Assembly: GCA_037139335.1 (NCBI GenBank)
Contig: JBAXGO010000002.1
Span: forward strand, 851-64,850
Length of the DNA: 64,000 bases
From: a bacterium
Lineage (GTDB): Bacteria > Patescibacteriota > Dojkabacteria > JAOAGR01 > JBAXGO01
Direction: 5' to 3'
Positions 36,900-46,167 of this stretch are shown here, in pieces; positions within the stretch are counted from its first letter, which is position 1; the number at the start of each line of letters is the position of its first letter. The notes under the pieces were generated by a model. It saw only the letters and a program-made list of their open reading frames with translations. It was not told where the DNA came from and searched no databases. The translations under genes were made by a program, and so were the position numbers.

Positions 36900-37106
36900 T
36901 AAATATATATTATGTATACACCATATTTTTGCCTTAATAACCTTATTTTCTCAACATCAGTGTTTTATCTATTATTTTAAGACTGTATTTTTACGTAATC
37001 CATAGATAATATTGAAAAAAAAATTCATACTTGATGATGTGTTTATACAATTCTTTTTACTTGTACATACTATTTTGTGCTATACTATCCTTTTTAATAG
37101 TATACT

Positions 37107-37424
37107 ATGAGTTGTGATTCAACATCATCTCCAGTTCATACAACATTAGATGTTATTGGAGGAAAATGGAAACCTGTAATTTTGTGGTATTTATCGAAGG
37201 AAACAGTACGTTTCAATGAGTTAGGACGCTTGATAAATGGTATCACGCAAAAGATGTTAACACAACAATTACGTGAATTAGAAAAAGATGGATTAATCAA
37301 ACGAGTAGTCTATCCAGAAGTGCCGCCAAAAGTTGAATATTCTATTACTAAATATGGTAAAACGCTTGAGCCAGTTTTAAAAGCTATGGCTATGTGGGGA
37401 CAAAAGCATAAGAAAAGAAGATAA
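37107..37424 (+). CDS. HxlR-family winged-helix transcriptional regulator
   Basis: [15 protein letters not shown] is a hallmark of HxlR/DUF24. Confidence 0.8.
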   Translation: MSCDSTSSPVHTTLDVIGGKWKPVILWYLSKETVRFNELGRLINGITQKMLTQQLRELEKDGLIKRVVYPEVPPKVEYSITKYGKTLEPVLKAMAMWGQKHKKRR

Positions 37425-37441
37425 TTTATTTACTAAAAAAT

Positions 37442-40126
37442 TCAATTCCATAAATTAATCATTTTTGCAGAATAGAAGGCTGTCGTAAACCAAGCCCAAT
37501 TTTGAGAATAATAGTCATTTTCATTACCCCAATATTTTTCATCAATTAAACTTGAAGCAAATCTATTTTCATAAATATTTCTAGCTATTTCTTTATTGTC
37601 AAAATATGTAGAAAATAATGCACCGCTCTCTGTACTCAAACTACTATAGTCAACATATTTATCTCCATTCAATTTATAAACAGCATATAGTTTTTTATCT
37701 TTTTCAATTGTGTTTTTATAAAAAGAAGAAATCTTTTGTAAATATATTTTTGCATTTGAGTTTTCATACCATTGCGCATCCCACGATAATCGTATGTTTA
37801 AGCGAAATGCGTCAAATCCATAAACATCACTTTTGTTATCATCAGCTTTTAAATAGTTTTCGTTAGTTGTGACGATAAACCAGTCTGGTAATAAATATGT
37901 ATTATTATCAAAAGTGTGTAAGGAAACTACTTTATTAATAATCGTATAAACGTCATCAGCAAGTTGATTCCATGGATGTTCTTTATCAATATTAGAAAAT
38001 ATTCTATATGATGCAGGTGAGAAATATGAAGGATTTATTAAATAATTTCCATTAATTTCTGAATTGGCTCTCGATGTCATGTAATACGTTCCATTAATTT
38101 GTACTGCTTCCTTAGTCCAAATGTCATTTATTATATTTTTCGCTAAGCTATAATACCTTTGATCTCCCCATTTTTTATATGCGAATAAAAGACTTAATGC
38201 TATGTCTTCATCAGAATCTGATGCTGATGAAGTATCAAGTATATTCAAATTTCCTAAATTATCAGTACCATAAACCCATGAAAATAAATTCTCCTCTTTT
38301 CTTTTTAAATTATTTAGAGACCATCGTAAAACCAAATCAAAATATTCTTTATCATTCATATAGACAGACCTTAATAGAGAATAGGCTTGCCCTTCTGATG
38401 TAGTTCTATTATTTTGCTCTGGATCTATTGTTCTGCCTTCAGACAAAATAAATTTTCCTTTATACCAATTCCATGTAGAGTTCAAAATATTGCTTTTATT
38501 ATTTACCGCCCTTATTTCTACAGGATAATCTTGACCTGATAAGTTATTTTCTTCAAATTTTTTTATAATTATTGAATTCTCATAAGCACTTTGTACAATT
38601 GGCATTTTTTCTTTCATTACAGTATCGTGAAATGCCGGTGTAACAATCAAATAGTCTATATTTTGCCAATCATTTTTCAATACTACATTTTTAATTTCGG
38701 GATCATTATCAACCTTCCAATAATATTGAGCTTTCACTTCCTGTATATCTTTTGTAGATTTATTGAGATCCAAAAATGCATAATTATCAATAACAATTAT
38801 TGATTTTTCATCTATATTATTTTTCACCCATTCTATCGCACTATTTTGATTATTTGTTTGTGCTAAAGTAAAAATATCTTTTGAGACTATCAATTCGAAA
38901 CAGAATACTGATAATAAAAAAGTTATAAATACAAATTTGAATATATAAGGAAAAAAAATTTTTTTATTTATAATAAATTTGATAAATTCAGAATAAAACA
39001 AACCAATATTTATAGCACTTAAAGGTATTATTGGTAACATATACCAATCTAATGTTTGTGCATAAAGTAAATATCCTATATATATTATTGAAAGAAAACT
39101 AAAGAATAATAAATATTTTTTTCTGAATATTATGTTTAATATTGTTATTACTGGTATTAAGATAATAAGATATGGATCAAATTTTAACCATGTATTCCAT
39201 AAAGATAATTCAAATGTACTATCTGTCGATAAGAAAAAGCTCCCATTCCTAGATGATTGAAAGGTAAAAGCTTCTAATAAACTTACATGAGGTGCATTAC
39301 CTCCAAAGATAGTTCCAGAAGGAAATAATTCACCACGTAAAAAAGCAAATACTGGATATAGTGATATTAGAAATAATGAAACTCCGCCCCAAATAAACGC
39401 ATTATATTTTTTATTTATTTTATCTGAATTAATTATGACAAAGATTAAAATTATAGGAAAAAATATTATTGCAGATTCTTTTGATAACACGGCAGCACCA
39501 AATAATATTGACGAATACGCCATATTTTTTATTGATGATTTATGAATCAAAAAATATAAGGATGCTATTAAAAAACAAACCATGATGTTATCAAGAAAAA
39601 CTCTTCTTTGTAGAATTATTCCAAGAGGTGATAATGTAAAAACAAGTGAAGCTAACACGGCGGCATCTAATCTTTTTGTAATTTTTTTTACAATTTTAAA
39701 AAGAAAATATATAGTTATAATGTGAAGAATTAGCATCAAGACCCGTCCAGAATTTATTGAAGTACCAAACGCATAAAAACTTCCTAAAATGATATTCCAA
39801 AATCCTATTACTAACCAACCAAAAGGTGAGTGATCATACCAATATGTATATGGTGCCAATTTACCATCGCTAACTACTGACCATGCTTGAGACATGTATG
39901 TTCCTTCATCTTCCCTATATGACGGATATCCAAACATATTTGCACCATGAACAATAACAGCAATTATTATTACGAAAATTAAAATAATTGAACTTTTATG
40001 TATATTTAAATATTTGAAAATGTTGGCTAATAAATCTTTTTTTTGTATGAAAGCTTTTGAAGATAATATAATTTTATTTACTCTTTGTAGAAGTAAATGA
40101 AATTTTTGTTTTAATAATTTATTCAT
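37442..40126 (-). CDS. Fusion protein: N-terminal GT-C-like polytopic membrane domain + C-terminal glycoside hydrolase family 8 domain
   Basis: 894 aa with ~12 TM in the first ~420 residues and an YREDEGTY acidic loop. The C-terminus carries a GH8 signature ASDSDEDIALSLLFAYKKW (compare A-[ST]-D-[AG]-D-xx-[IM]-A-x-[SA]-[LIVM]-[LIVMG]-x-A-xxx-[FW]) and TSEGQAY. Confidence 0.65.
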   Translation of the reverse strand: MNKLLKQKFHLLLQRVNKIILSSKAFIQKKDLLANIFKYLNIHKSSIILIFVIIIAVIVHGANMFGYPSYREDEGTYMSQAWSVVSDGKLAPYTYWYDHSPFGWLVIGFWNIILGSFYAFGTSINSGRVLMLILHIITIYFLFKIVKKITKRLDAAVLASLVFTLSPLGIILQRRVFLDNIMVCFLIASLYFLIHKSSIKNMAYSSILFGAAVLSKESAIIFFPIILIFVIINSDKINKKYNAFIWGGVSLFLISLYPVFAFLRGELFPSGTIFGGNAPHVSLLEAFTFQSSRNGSFFLSTDSTFELSLWNTWLKFDPYLIILIPVITILNIIFRKKYLLFFSFLSIIYIGYLLYAQTLDWYMLPIIPLSAINIGLFYSEFIKFIINKKIFFPYIFKFVFITFLLSVFCFELIVSKDIFTLAQTNNQNSAIEWVKNNIDEKSIIVIDNYAFLDLNKSTKDIQEVKAQYYWKVDNDPEIKNVVLKNDWQNIDYLIVTPAFHDTVMKEKMPIVQSAYENSIIIKKFEENNLSGQDYPVEIRAVNNKSNILNSTWNWYKGKFILSEGRTIDPEQNNRTTSEGQAYSLLRSVYMNDKEYFDLVLRWSLNNLKRKEENLFSWVYGTDNLGNLNILDTSSASDSDEDIALSLLFAYKKWGDQRYYSLAKNIINDIWTKEAVQINGTYYMTSRANSEINGNYLINPSYFSPASYRIFSNIDKEHPWNQLADDVYTIINKVVSLHTFDNNTYLLPDWFIVTTNENYLKADDNKSDVYGFDAFRLNIRLSWDAQWYENSNAKIYLQKISSFYKNTIEKDKKLYAVYKLNGDKYVDYSSLSTESGALFSTYFDNKEIARNIYENRFASSLIDEKYWGNENDYYSQNWAWFTTAFYSAKMINLWN

Positions 40127-40127
40127 A

Positions 40128-41522
40128 CTATTTTTGCAACTCAGATAAAGGTATATTCATCTCATCTATTTCGTGCTGTCTGTGTGCATTAGTATGTTTT
40201 GTTTTTTCCCAACTGTTATTTTTTTTCAAATTTCTAAATATAGCTCTCATAGCACAGTAACTCAAAATTACTTGATAAGGAAAAAAAGTTAAAACTATAT
40301 TGAGAGGAACAAATATCGAATACTTAATTTTATACTGAGTTGTAAATTCATAAAGTCCTATATTATAGATTGCAATTTGTATAATTAAAATATACAAAGG
40401 TAGGATGGAAATTAATGCGATTGTTAGCGGAATTTTGACCATTATTATCATAAAAATAGAAAAGGGAATATAAACTAAAAAGAGTGCTTGAGCACGAGAA
40501 ATAGTTAATATATACAGTGCTAATATTTTATGAGTAAAGCTTGGTAATTTTTTCCATTCTTTTTTGTTTAAAACTTGTATGAAACCCTGTATCCAGCGTG
40601 TCCTTTGTTTTATAAATTGTTGTAAATCTGGAGGAGTTTCTTCTCTGGTTGCATGTTCTTCATCATATATTACATTTATCTTAGCCCCAATTTGACTTAA
40701 TCTAATACCAATATCCGCATCTTCTGCAAGACATTTAGGATCCCAGCCTCCTACTTTTTTTAATGTTTCTCTTTTAAAAAAAATTGTATTTCCCCCTAGG
40801 GGTATGACACCTTGATTTGCAAAAAATGGTAGCGACGATTTAAACCAAAAATAATATTCCAATACATTGAATACAGAAAACCAATTTGATTTATAGTTCA
40901 TTAACTGAACACCCGACTGAACTACATCTGATTTTTTTTGAATCATAACTGTATTTATAATTTCATATAGCTTTTTGTGAGGTTCATCTTCAGCATCAAA
41001 AACAGCTATAACATCATTTTTCGCATATTGAAGCGCATAGTTGAGAGCATGTGGTTTATTAATAGGTGGTTCAGAATAAATATGAAGACTTATATTTCTT
41101 TTCCCAATTTCTTTTATAACATCATTCACTTTATGAATTGTTCCTTTATCATCATCGGAACAAATGACGATAATCTCTTTCATATGCTCGGGATATACCA
41201 TATTTGAGACTGCAAGAATTGTATCTCTGATTACTACTTCTTCATGTCTTACAGGAATTAAAGCTGTGAAAGTTAATAAAGGCGAAATAATTTTTTTGGG
41301 AGATTTAAATCGCTTCATTTTTTTTGGACTATCCCAAGCATAGAGCATTAAAAAAATAGCAAATATTCCTTGAACTGTTAACAATAATGATACAATTAAT
41401 ACACAAATAACCAGCAAAGAATTTAACCTATTTCCCAGATTCTTATAAAGTAAGAGAGAAGTTACGATAATTATAAAACTAATTATTAATGTTGAAATAA
41501 CTTTCTTAAATCTTTTATTCAT
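40128..41522 (-). CDS. Processive family-2 glycosyltransferase (cellulose/chitin/PNAG-synthase-like, QxxRW)
   Basis: 2 N-terminal TM, a GT-A domain with CSDDD, DAED, AEDAD and QRTRW motifs, then 3-4 C-terminal TM. Stop overlaps the start of the GH8 fusion gene. Confidence 0.75.
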   Translation of the reverse strand: MNKRFKKVISTLIISFIIIVTSLLLYKNLGNRLNSLLVICVLIVSLLLTVQGIFAIFLMLYAWDSPKKMKRFKSPKKIISPLLTFTALIPVRHEEVVIRDTILAVSNMVYPEHMKEIIVICSDDDKGTIHKVNDVIKEIGKRNISLHIYSEPPINKPHALNYALQYAKNDVIAVFDAEDEPHKKLYEIINTVMIQKKSDVVQSGVQLMNYKSNWFSVFNVLEYYFWFKSSLPFFANQGVIPLGGNTIFFKRETLKKVGGWDPKCLAEDADIGIRLSQIGAKINVIYDEEHATREETPPDLQQFIKQRTRWIQGFIQVLNKKEWKKLPSFTHKILALYILTISRAQALFLVYIPFSIFMIIMVKIPLTIALISILPLYILIIQIAIYNIGLYEFTTQYKIKYSIFVPLNIVLTFFPYQVILSYCAMRAIFRNLKKNNSWEKTKHTNAHRQHEIDEMNIPLSELQK

Positions 41523-41535
41523 TTAATTGAAATAT

Positions 41536-42087
41536 TTAATTTATTTTTCGATTGTTTTTTTTAGTATTATTAAAACTTTTATTGTCTTTATTATCATTAT
41601 TTCCAAAATTCTTTTGGTTATTTAATGATGATTCATTATTTTGAATATTTTTAGATTTAGTAGTATTGACATCAGTTACAGGATTAAAAACAGTTTGTTT
41701 ATTAATACTAACTTTTTCTGCTTTTATGTTGATTTCATTTTGAACGTCAAACTGTGTTTTTATTTCATTTAAAATTTGTTTTTTTTGCAAATCGTTAATT
41801 TGACTAATAGTCGTTGAATATTTATCTATATATGATGTTTTTTCTGATGCTTTGATATTTGATATTAAAAATAATCTAGAGAAAGAGCCAATAAATAAAA
41901 TTGCTAAAAGTATTAATAATGAATTACGAATGAATTTACGATTAATATAATTTACAACAATATAAACTATGAATGTAAATAACAAGATAAAACCATACTC
42001 TCTTATGATTAGTAATAATAATATGAAACCAGTGGTAAATAAAATGTATGGATGCTTTAATGTATTTATTAAACTATTCATTGGCAA
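41536..42087 (-). CDS. Membrane protein (3 TM) with coiled-coil and Asn/Lys-rich tail
   Basis: 183 aa. First gene of the GT2/GH8 operon. Confidence 0.4.
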   Translation of the reverse strand: MPMNSLINTLKHPYILFTTGFILLLLIIREYGFILLFTFIVYIVVNYINRKFIRNSLLILLAILFIGSFSRLFLISNIKASEKTSYIDKYSTTISQINDLQKKQILNEIKTQFDVQNEINIKAEKVSINKQTVFNPVTDVNTTKSKNIQNNESSLNNQKNFGNNDNKDNKSFNNTKKNNRKIN

Positions 42088-42312
42088 TTAGTTTAGATTT
42101 ATTTTTTGGAGGTTTGTATATCCGAGGTATGGATTCTATAGTTATTATATACAAATGAATAAATTATATAAATACATAAATATTATTTAGTTAATTCATG
42201 TATTTTTGCATCTTTGTTTAATTTATTTGTTCGTTGTGTTTTTTTCTTGTGCACTAAATGGCTACAACAACATTATTACACTATCAAAGACAGTTATATA
42301 TCTATTTTTCTC

Positions 42313-42342
42313 TTGACATTATTCCTACACAGTTAGATTATA
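42313..42342 (+). promoter_or_regulatory. Sigma-70-like promoter for eno
   Basis: TTGACA (42313-42318), ~18 nt spacer, TATAAT ending at 42342 directly abutting the first in-frame ATG. The real start is therefore more likely the ATG at 42364. Confidence 0.4.
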
Positions 42343-42363
42343 ATGTTAATAAATAATAATATT

Positions 42364-43653
42364 ATGTCTGTAATCTCAAATTTACATGCCAGAGAAATAC
42401 TTGATTCAAGAGGAAATCCTACTGTTGAAGTAGATTTAGTAATTGATAATAAATTTTTGGGGAGAGCTTCAGTTCCATCAGGAGCATCTACCGGATCATA
42501 CGAAGCTATCGAATTAAGAGATGAGGAAAATAGATATGGAGGTAAAGGTGTTTTGAAAGCTATTAATAATGTAAATGATATTATTAATAAAAATTTATCA
42601 AATAAGAATTTTGACCAAAATTTATTAGATACATACTTAATCAATCTGGACGGAACTGAAAATAAGTCGAATCTTGGAGCTAATGCAATCTTAGGTGTCT
42701 CAATGGCTTTCGCGAAAGCACAGGCTTTATGTCAAAATATTCCTCTGTATCAATATTTTAATAATATAGGTGGTAGAAATTCTGTAATGAGAATTCCAGT
42801 TCCAATGATGAATATTTTGAATGGTGGTAAACATGCTGAAAATTCTACAGATTTGCAAGAATTTATGATAATGCCAATTGGTGCGCCTACTTTTAAAGAA
42901 GGATTACGATATGGTGCAGAAATTTTTCATAATTTAAAAAAACTTTTAAACGATAGAGGATTAAGTACAGGCGTTGGTGATGAGGGAGGATTTGCACCAT
43001 CCTTGGGAAAAAACTCAATGGCTATAGATGTAATTTTGGAAGCAATAGATAGATCTGGCTATGTTGCTGGAAAAGATATTTTTATCGCAATAGATGGAGC
43101 TGCATCAGAATTTTATGAAGACGGAAAATATAATTTAAAGTCAGAAAGTAAATTTTTAAACTCTGATGAGTTAATTGAATTTTATATTGATTGGGCGAAC
43201 AGATATCCTATAGTATCTATGGAGGATGTTTTTGACGAAGACGACTGGTCTAGCTTTCAAAAACTAACTGAAAGAATTGGTGATAAAGTTCAGATAGTAG
43301 GAGACGATTTATTTGTAACAAATGTAAAACGATTAGAAAGAGGTATTAGAGAAAGAGCTGCAAATTCAATATTAATAAAGGTAAATCAAATAGGTACAAT
43401 ATCTGAGAGTATTAATGCTATTAATATGGCTACTGATGCTGGTTTCACGAGCATTGTTTCTCACAGATCTGGTGAAACGGAAGATACTACAATTTCGGAT
43501 TTAGTCGTTGGACTAGGTACTGGACAGATAAAAACAGGATCATTAAGTAGAAGTGAACGAATTGCAAAATATAATCAATTATTAAGAATTGAAGAAGAGT
43601 TAGGGAATAAGGTAGAATACGCAGGTATTAATGCATTAAAGACTAACAAATGA
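42364..43653 (+). CDS. eno: Enolase (phosphopyruvate hydratase)
   Basis: [14 protein letters not shown] and SHRSGETED motifs are present. Start adjusted to MSVISN. Confidence 0.9.
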   Translation: MSVISNLHAREILDSRGNPTVEVDLVIDNKFLGRASVPSGASTGSYEAIELRDEENRYGGKGVLKAINNVNDIINKNLSNKNFDQNLLDTYLINLDGTENKSNLGANAILGVSMAFAKAQALCQNIPLYQYFNNIGGRNSVMRIPVPMMNILNGGKHAENSTDLQEFMIMPIGAPTFKEGLRYGAEIFHNLKKLLNDRGLSTGVGDEGGFAPSLGKNSMAIDVILEAIDRSGYVAGKDIFIAIDGAASEFYEDGKYNLKSESKFLNSDELIEFYIDWANRYPIVSMEDVFDEDDWSSFQKLTERIGDKVQIVGDDLFVTNVKRLERGIRERAANSILIKVNQIGTISESINAINMATDAGFTSIVSHRSGETEDTTISDLVVGLGTGQIKTGSLSRSERIAKYNQLLRIEEELGNKVEYAGINALKTNK

Positions 43654-44114
43654 TAAACGCGATTTTATTGGATATAGCTAGATTAATTGTATTTTCAAAA
43701 AGTGATGCAATAGTTGGTAGCTTAAATAGTTTTTACCAAGAACATTCTAAAGATACTAACTTTGACTTCTTCAATTACTATAGGGTAAACGACGAACTTC
43801 TGAATTATTTAGAAAGGTTAAAAAATAAATATGAAATATTTGGCTTTACCAAAGGTATAATTCATTCTGTGCCTGAGATTAAAAATAAAATAGATAATAT
43901 ATTTGATGAAATATATACGGTAAATGAAATTGGGTTTGAAAAAGATCTTCCGAATAGTTATTTGAATGTATGTTCATTTATTCAGATAGAGCCCGAAGAA
44001 GTTATTTTTATTGATGATATTGAAAAAAATTTAGAAGCTGCAAAAGTAGCTGGATTAAATATTTATAAATATACAACTAACGAAGACTTATTTAATAAAT
44101 TAGGAACTTTGTAA
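43650..44114 (+). CDS. HAD-like protein with degenerate motif I
   Basis: C-terminal [19 protein letters not shown] resembles HAD motifs III/IV. N-terminal LLDIA replaces DxDGT. ATGA overlap with the eno stop. Confidence 0.35.
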   Translation: MINAILLDIARLIVFSKSDAIVGSLNSFYQEHSKDTNFDFFNYYRVNDELLNYLERLKNKYEIFGFTKGIIHSVPEIKNKIDNIFDEIYTVNEIGFEKDLPNSYLNVCSFIQIEPEEVIFIDDIEKNLEAAKVAGLNIYKYTTNEDLFNKLGTL

Positions 44115-44163
44115 TATTTTAACATTAAAAAGTAAATTAAACTTAAAGTAAATTTTTATAAAT

Positions 44164-44679
44164 ATGTCTAACGAAAAAGATTACGCAAAAAATATTGAAT
44201 TATCATCAGTAATATTTATATATTGTAAAAATAAATATTTGTTTTTAAAAAGAGCGTCACATAAAAGAATTGACCCGAACAAATTAAACGGAGTAGGAGG
44301 TCGATTAGAAGAAGGTGAAAATTTTTTACAAGGGGCTATTAGGGAAACCGAAGAAGAAACTGGATATGTGATTACACCTGAGAATATCTTTTTTTCTGGA
44401 ATAATAGAATTAAACGGAGGCTATGAACATAACCACATAATAGGACTTTTCAAAGCAGAAGTCTTTGATTTCGACATTCCAAAGAAAGACACAACCGACG
44501 ATGGTGAACTTATATGGATAGATAAAGAAGAAATAATGAATTTCGAAAATGAAATTGTAGATGATGTCAAATATTACTTTAAAGACATCATGGAAGGTAA
44601 TATCATCAATTTCGTAAATGCCAAATTAGATGACAATCAGAAAGTATATGAGATTACGATGGATAAATTAACGGTATAA
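44164..44679 (+). CDS. NUDIX hydrolase
   Basis: Nudix box GGRLEEGENFLQGAIRETEEETGY is present. Confidence 0.8.
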   Translation: MSNEKDYAKNIELSSVIFIYCKNKYLFLKRASHKRIDPNKLNGVGGRLEEGENFLQGAIRETEEETGYVITPENIFFSGIIELNGGYEHNHIIGLFKAEVFDFDIPKKDTTDDGELIWIDKEEIMNFENEIVDDVKYYFKDIMEGNIINFVNAKLDDNQKVYEITMDKLTV

Positions 44680-44700
44680 TGCCATAAATAGAATATTAAA

Positions 44701-45285
44701 ATGATAGTAGATCAAGAGGAATATACAAAAAAGACATTCTCAGAAGAAGATTTTGCTGAACAAGAAATAAGATCAATAACTTTTGAAGGATGTACATTCA
44801 AAAGCTGCAACTTCACAGATACAAATCTATCAGCAAGCAAATTTACTTCATGCTCTTTTAATAATTGCAACTTCAGTATGACGAGAATGGACAACGTCAG
44901 ATTCCAAAGAATTAAATTTGAAAAATGTAAAATACTTGGAGTAAACTTCTGTCTATGCGATACACATTTAGCTTTTACTGATTTAGAATTTTTGAAATGT
45001 AATATCAACATGTCATATTTTTCAGACATGGCATGCAAAGGATTCAAATTCAGCGAGAGTAATATACTTGACACAGATTTTACAAAATCCATATTAATAT
45101 CAGCAGATTTTACAGGATGTAATCTAAGTAAAAGTATATTCAAAGGATCAGATCTCAGCAAAGCCGATTTCACGAATGCAAAAAACTACTCAATAGATCC
45201 AACAATCAACAATATCAAAAAAACTAAATTCTCCATGCCGGAAGTAATGACACTAATTAACTTTTTCGATATTTTAATAGAGTAA
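44701..45285 (+). CDS. Pentapeptide-repeat protein
   Basis: Many consecutive A(D/N)LxX-type pentapeptides (CNFTDTNLSASKFTSCSFNNCNFSM...). Confidence 0.8.
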   Translation: MIVDQEEYTKKTFSEEDFAEQEIRSITFEGCTFKSCNFTDTNLSASKFTSCSFNNCNFSMTRMDNVRFQRIKFEKCKILGVNFCLCDTHLAFTDLEFLKCNINMSYFSDMACKGFKFSESNILDTDFTKSILISADFTGCNLSKSIFKGSDLSKADFTNAKNYSIDPTINNIKKTKFSMPEVMTLINFFDILIE

Positions 45286-45795
45286 AATAATTAACTTACT
45301 AGTTTCGAGTTCTAAAGGTTCTGTAGATATTGCAATAGGGGTTTTAAGAGGTCCTTTATTAACAGGACAATATTCATGAACCGTAGTCCCAGAAAATAAG
45401 ATTTTTTGTCTTCTTGCAGCTAATCTTTGCATTTCTCTTAATTGCCGTTGATCTTCATAGCTTCCTATTTCACTAAATTCTATTTTATGTATTTCTGAAG
45501 AATCATCGTCCATCCAAACAAATGGTGCAAAGTCATATTTCATTGAAGAATCAAATTTTGGACCTCCATCACGATAATCTTCAATATTTTGAAGTGTAGT
45601 TAATTCGGGGTCAGGAGATAAATTATTCAAATTATTTGTATTTCCAGATAATAAACGTAGCAATGCACTTGAGCCAGCGTTATGTAATTGAATCATCTTA
45701 GTAAAATCTTCTCGACCTCGCCTATCATACGTTTTCAATACTTTAAAAGCTTCATTAAATGTATGAACTAAAAAAGATTCAGGTGCAGTTTTCAT
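45274..45795 (-). CDS. Hypothetical protein
   Basis: 173 aa acidic soluble protein. Overlaps the convergent pentapeptide gene by 12 nt. Confidence 0.35.
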   Translation of the reverse strand: MKTAPESFLVHTFNEAFKVLKTYDRRGREDFTKMIQLHNAGSSALLRLLSGNTNNLNNLSPDPELTTLQNIEDYRDGGPKFDSSMKYDFAPFVWMDDDSSEIHKIEFSEIGSYEDQRQLREMQRLAARRQKILFSGTTVHEYCPVNKGPLKTPIAISTEPLELETSKLIILLY

Positions 45796-46167
45796 AAAAT
45801 TATAAAATTAATAAATTTTTGAATATATCAAAGATATCACTATACGTGTAACGACGGGTTAAAGCAAATATTTCACTTTTGTACACGACTTGGTTTTTGT
45901 TAATGGTATCAGGCACTCTTGTCATTTCCATATATTATTTTTTGAACATTCACATTTTTTCATCATTGTTTTTTTTAATTTATTAAAAATATTTCTTGTT
46001 CAATTATCTCGACAATTATTATTTACGTTGTAGAAGAAAAGTGGTTACATTTTTTGATTTATAAAAATTTATGTAAAGTAGTGCTCAAATAGTAGACACA
46101 TTAATCATAGTATATATAATGAGGTATTTTATTTGCGAATCTATTACTCGATAGCAAGAGTTATTTT

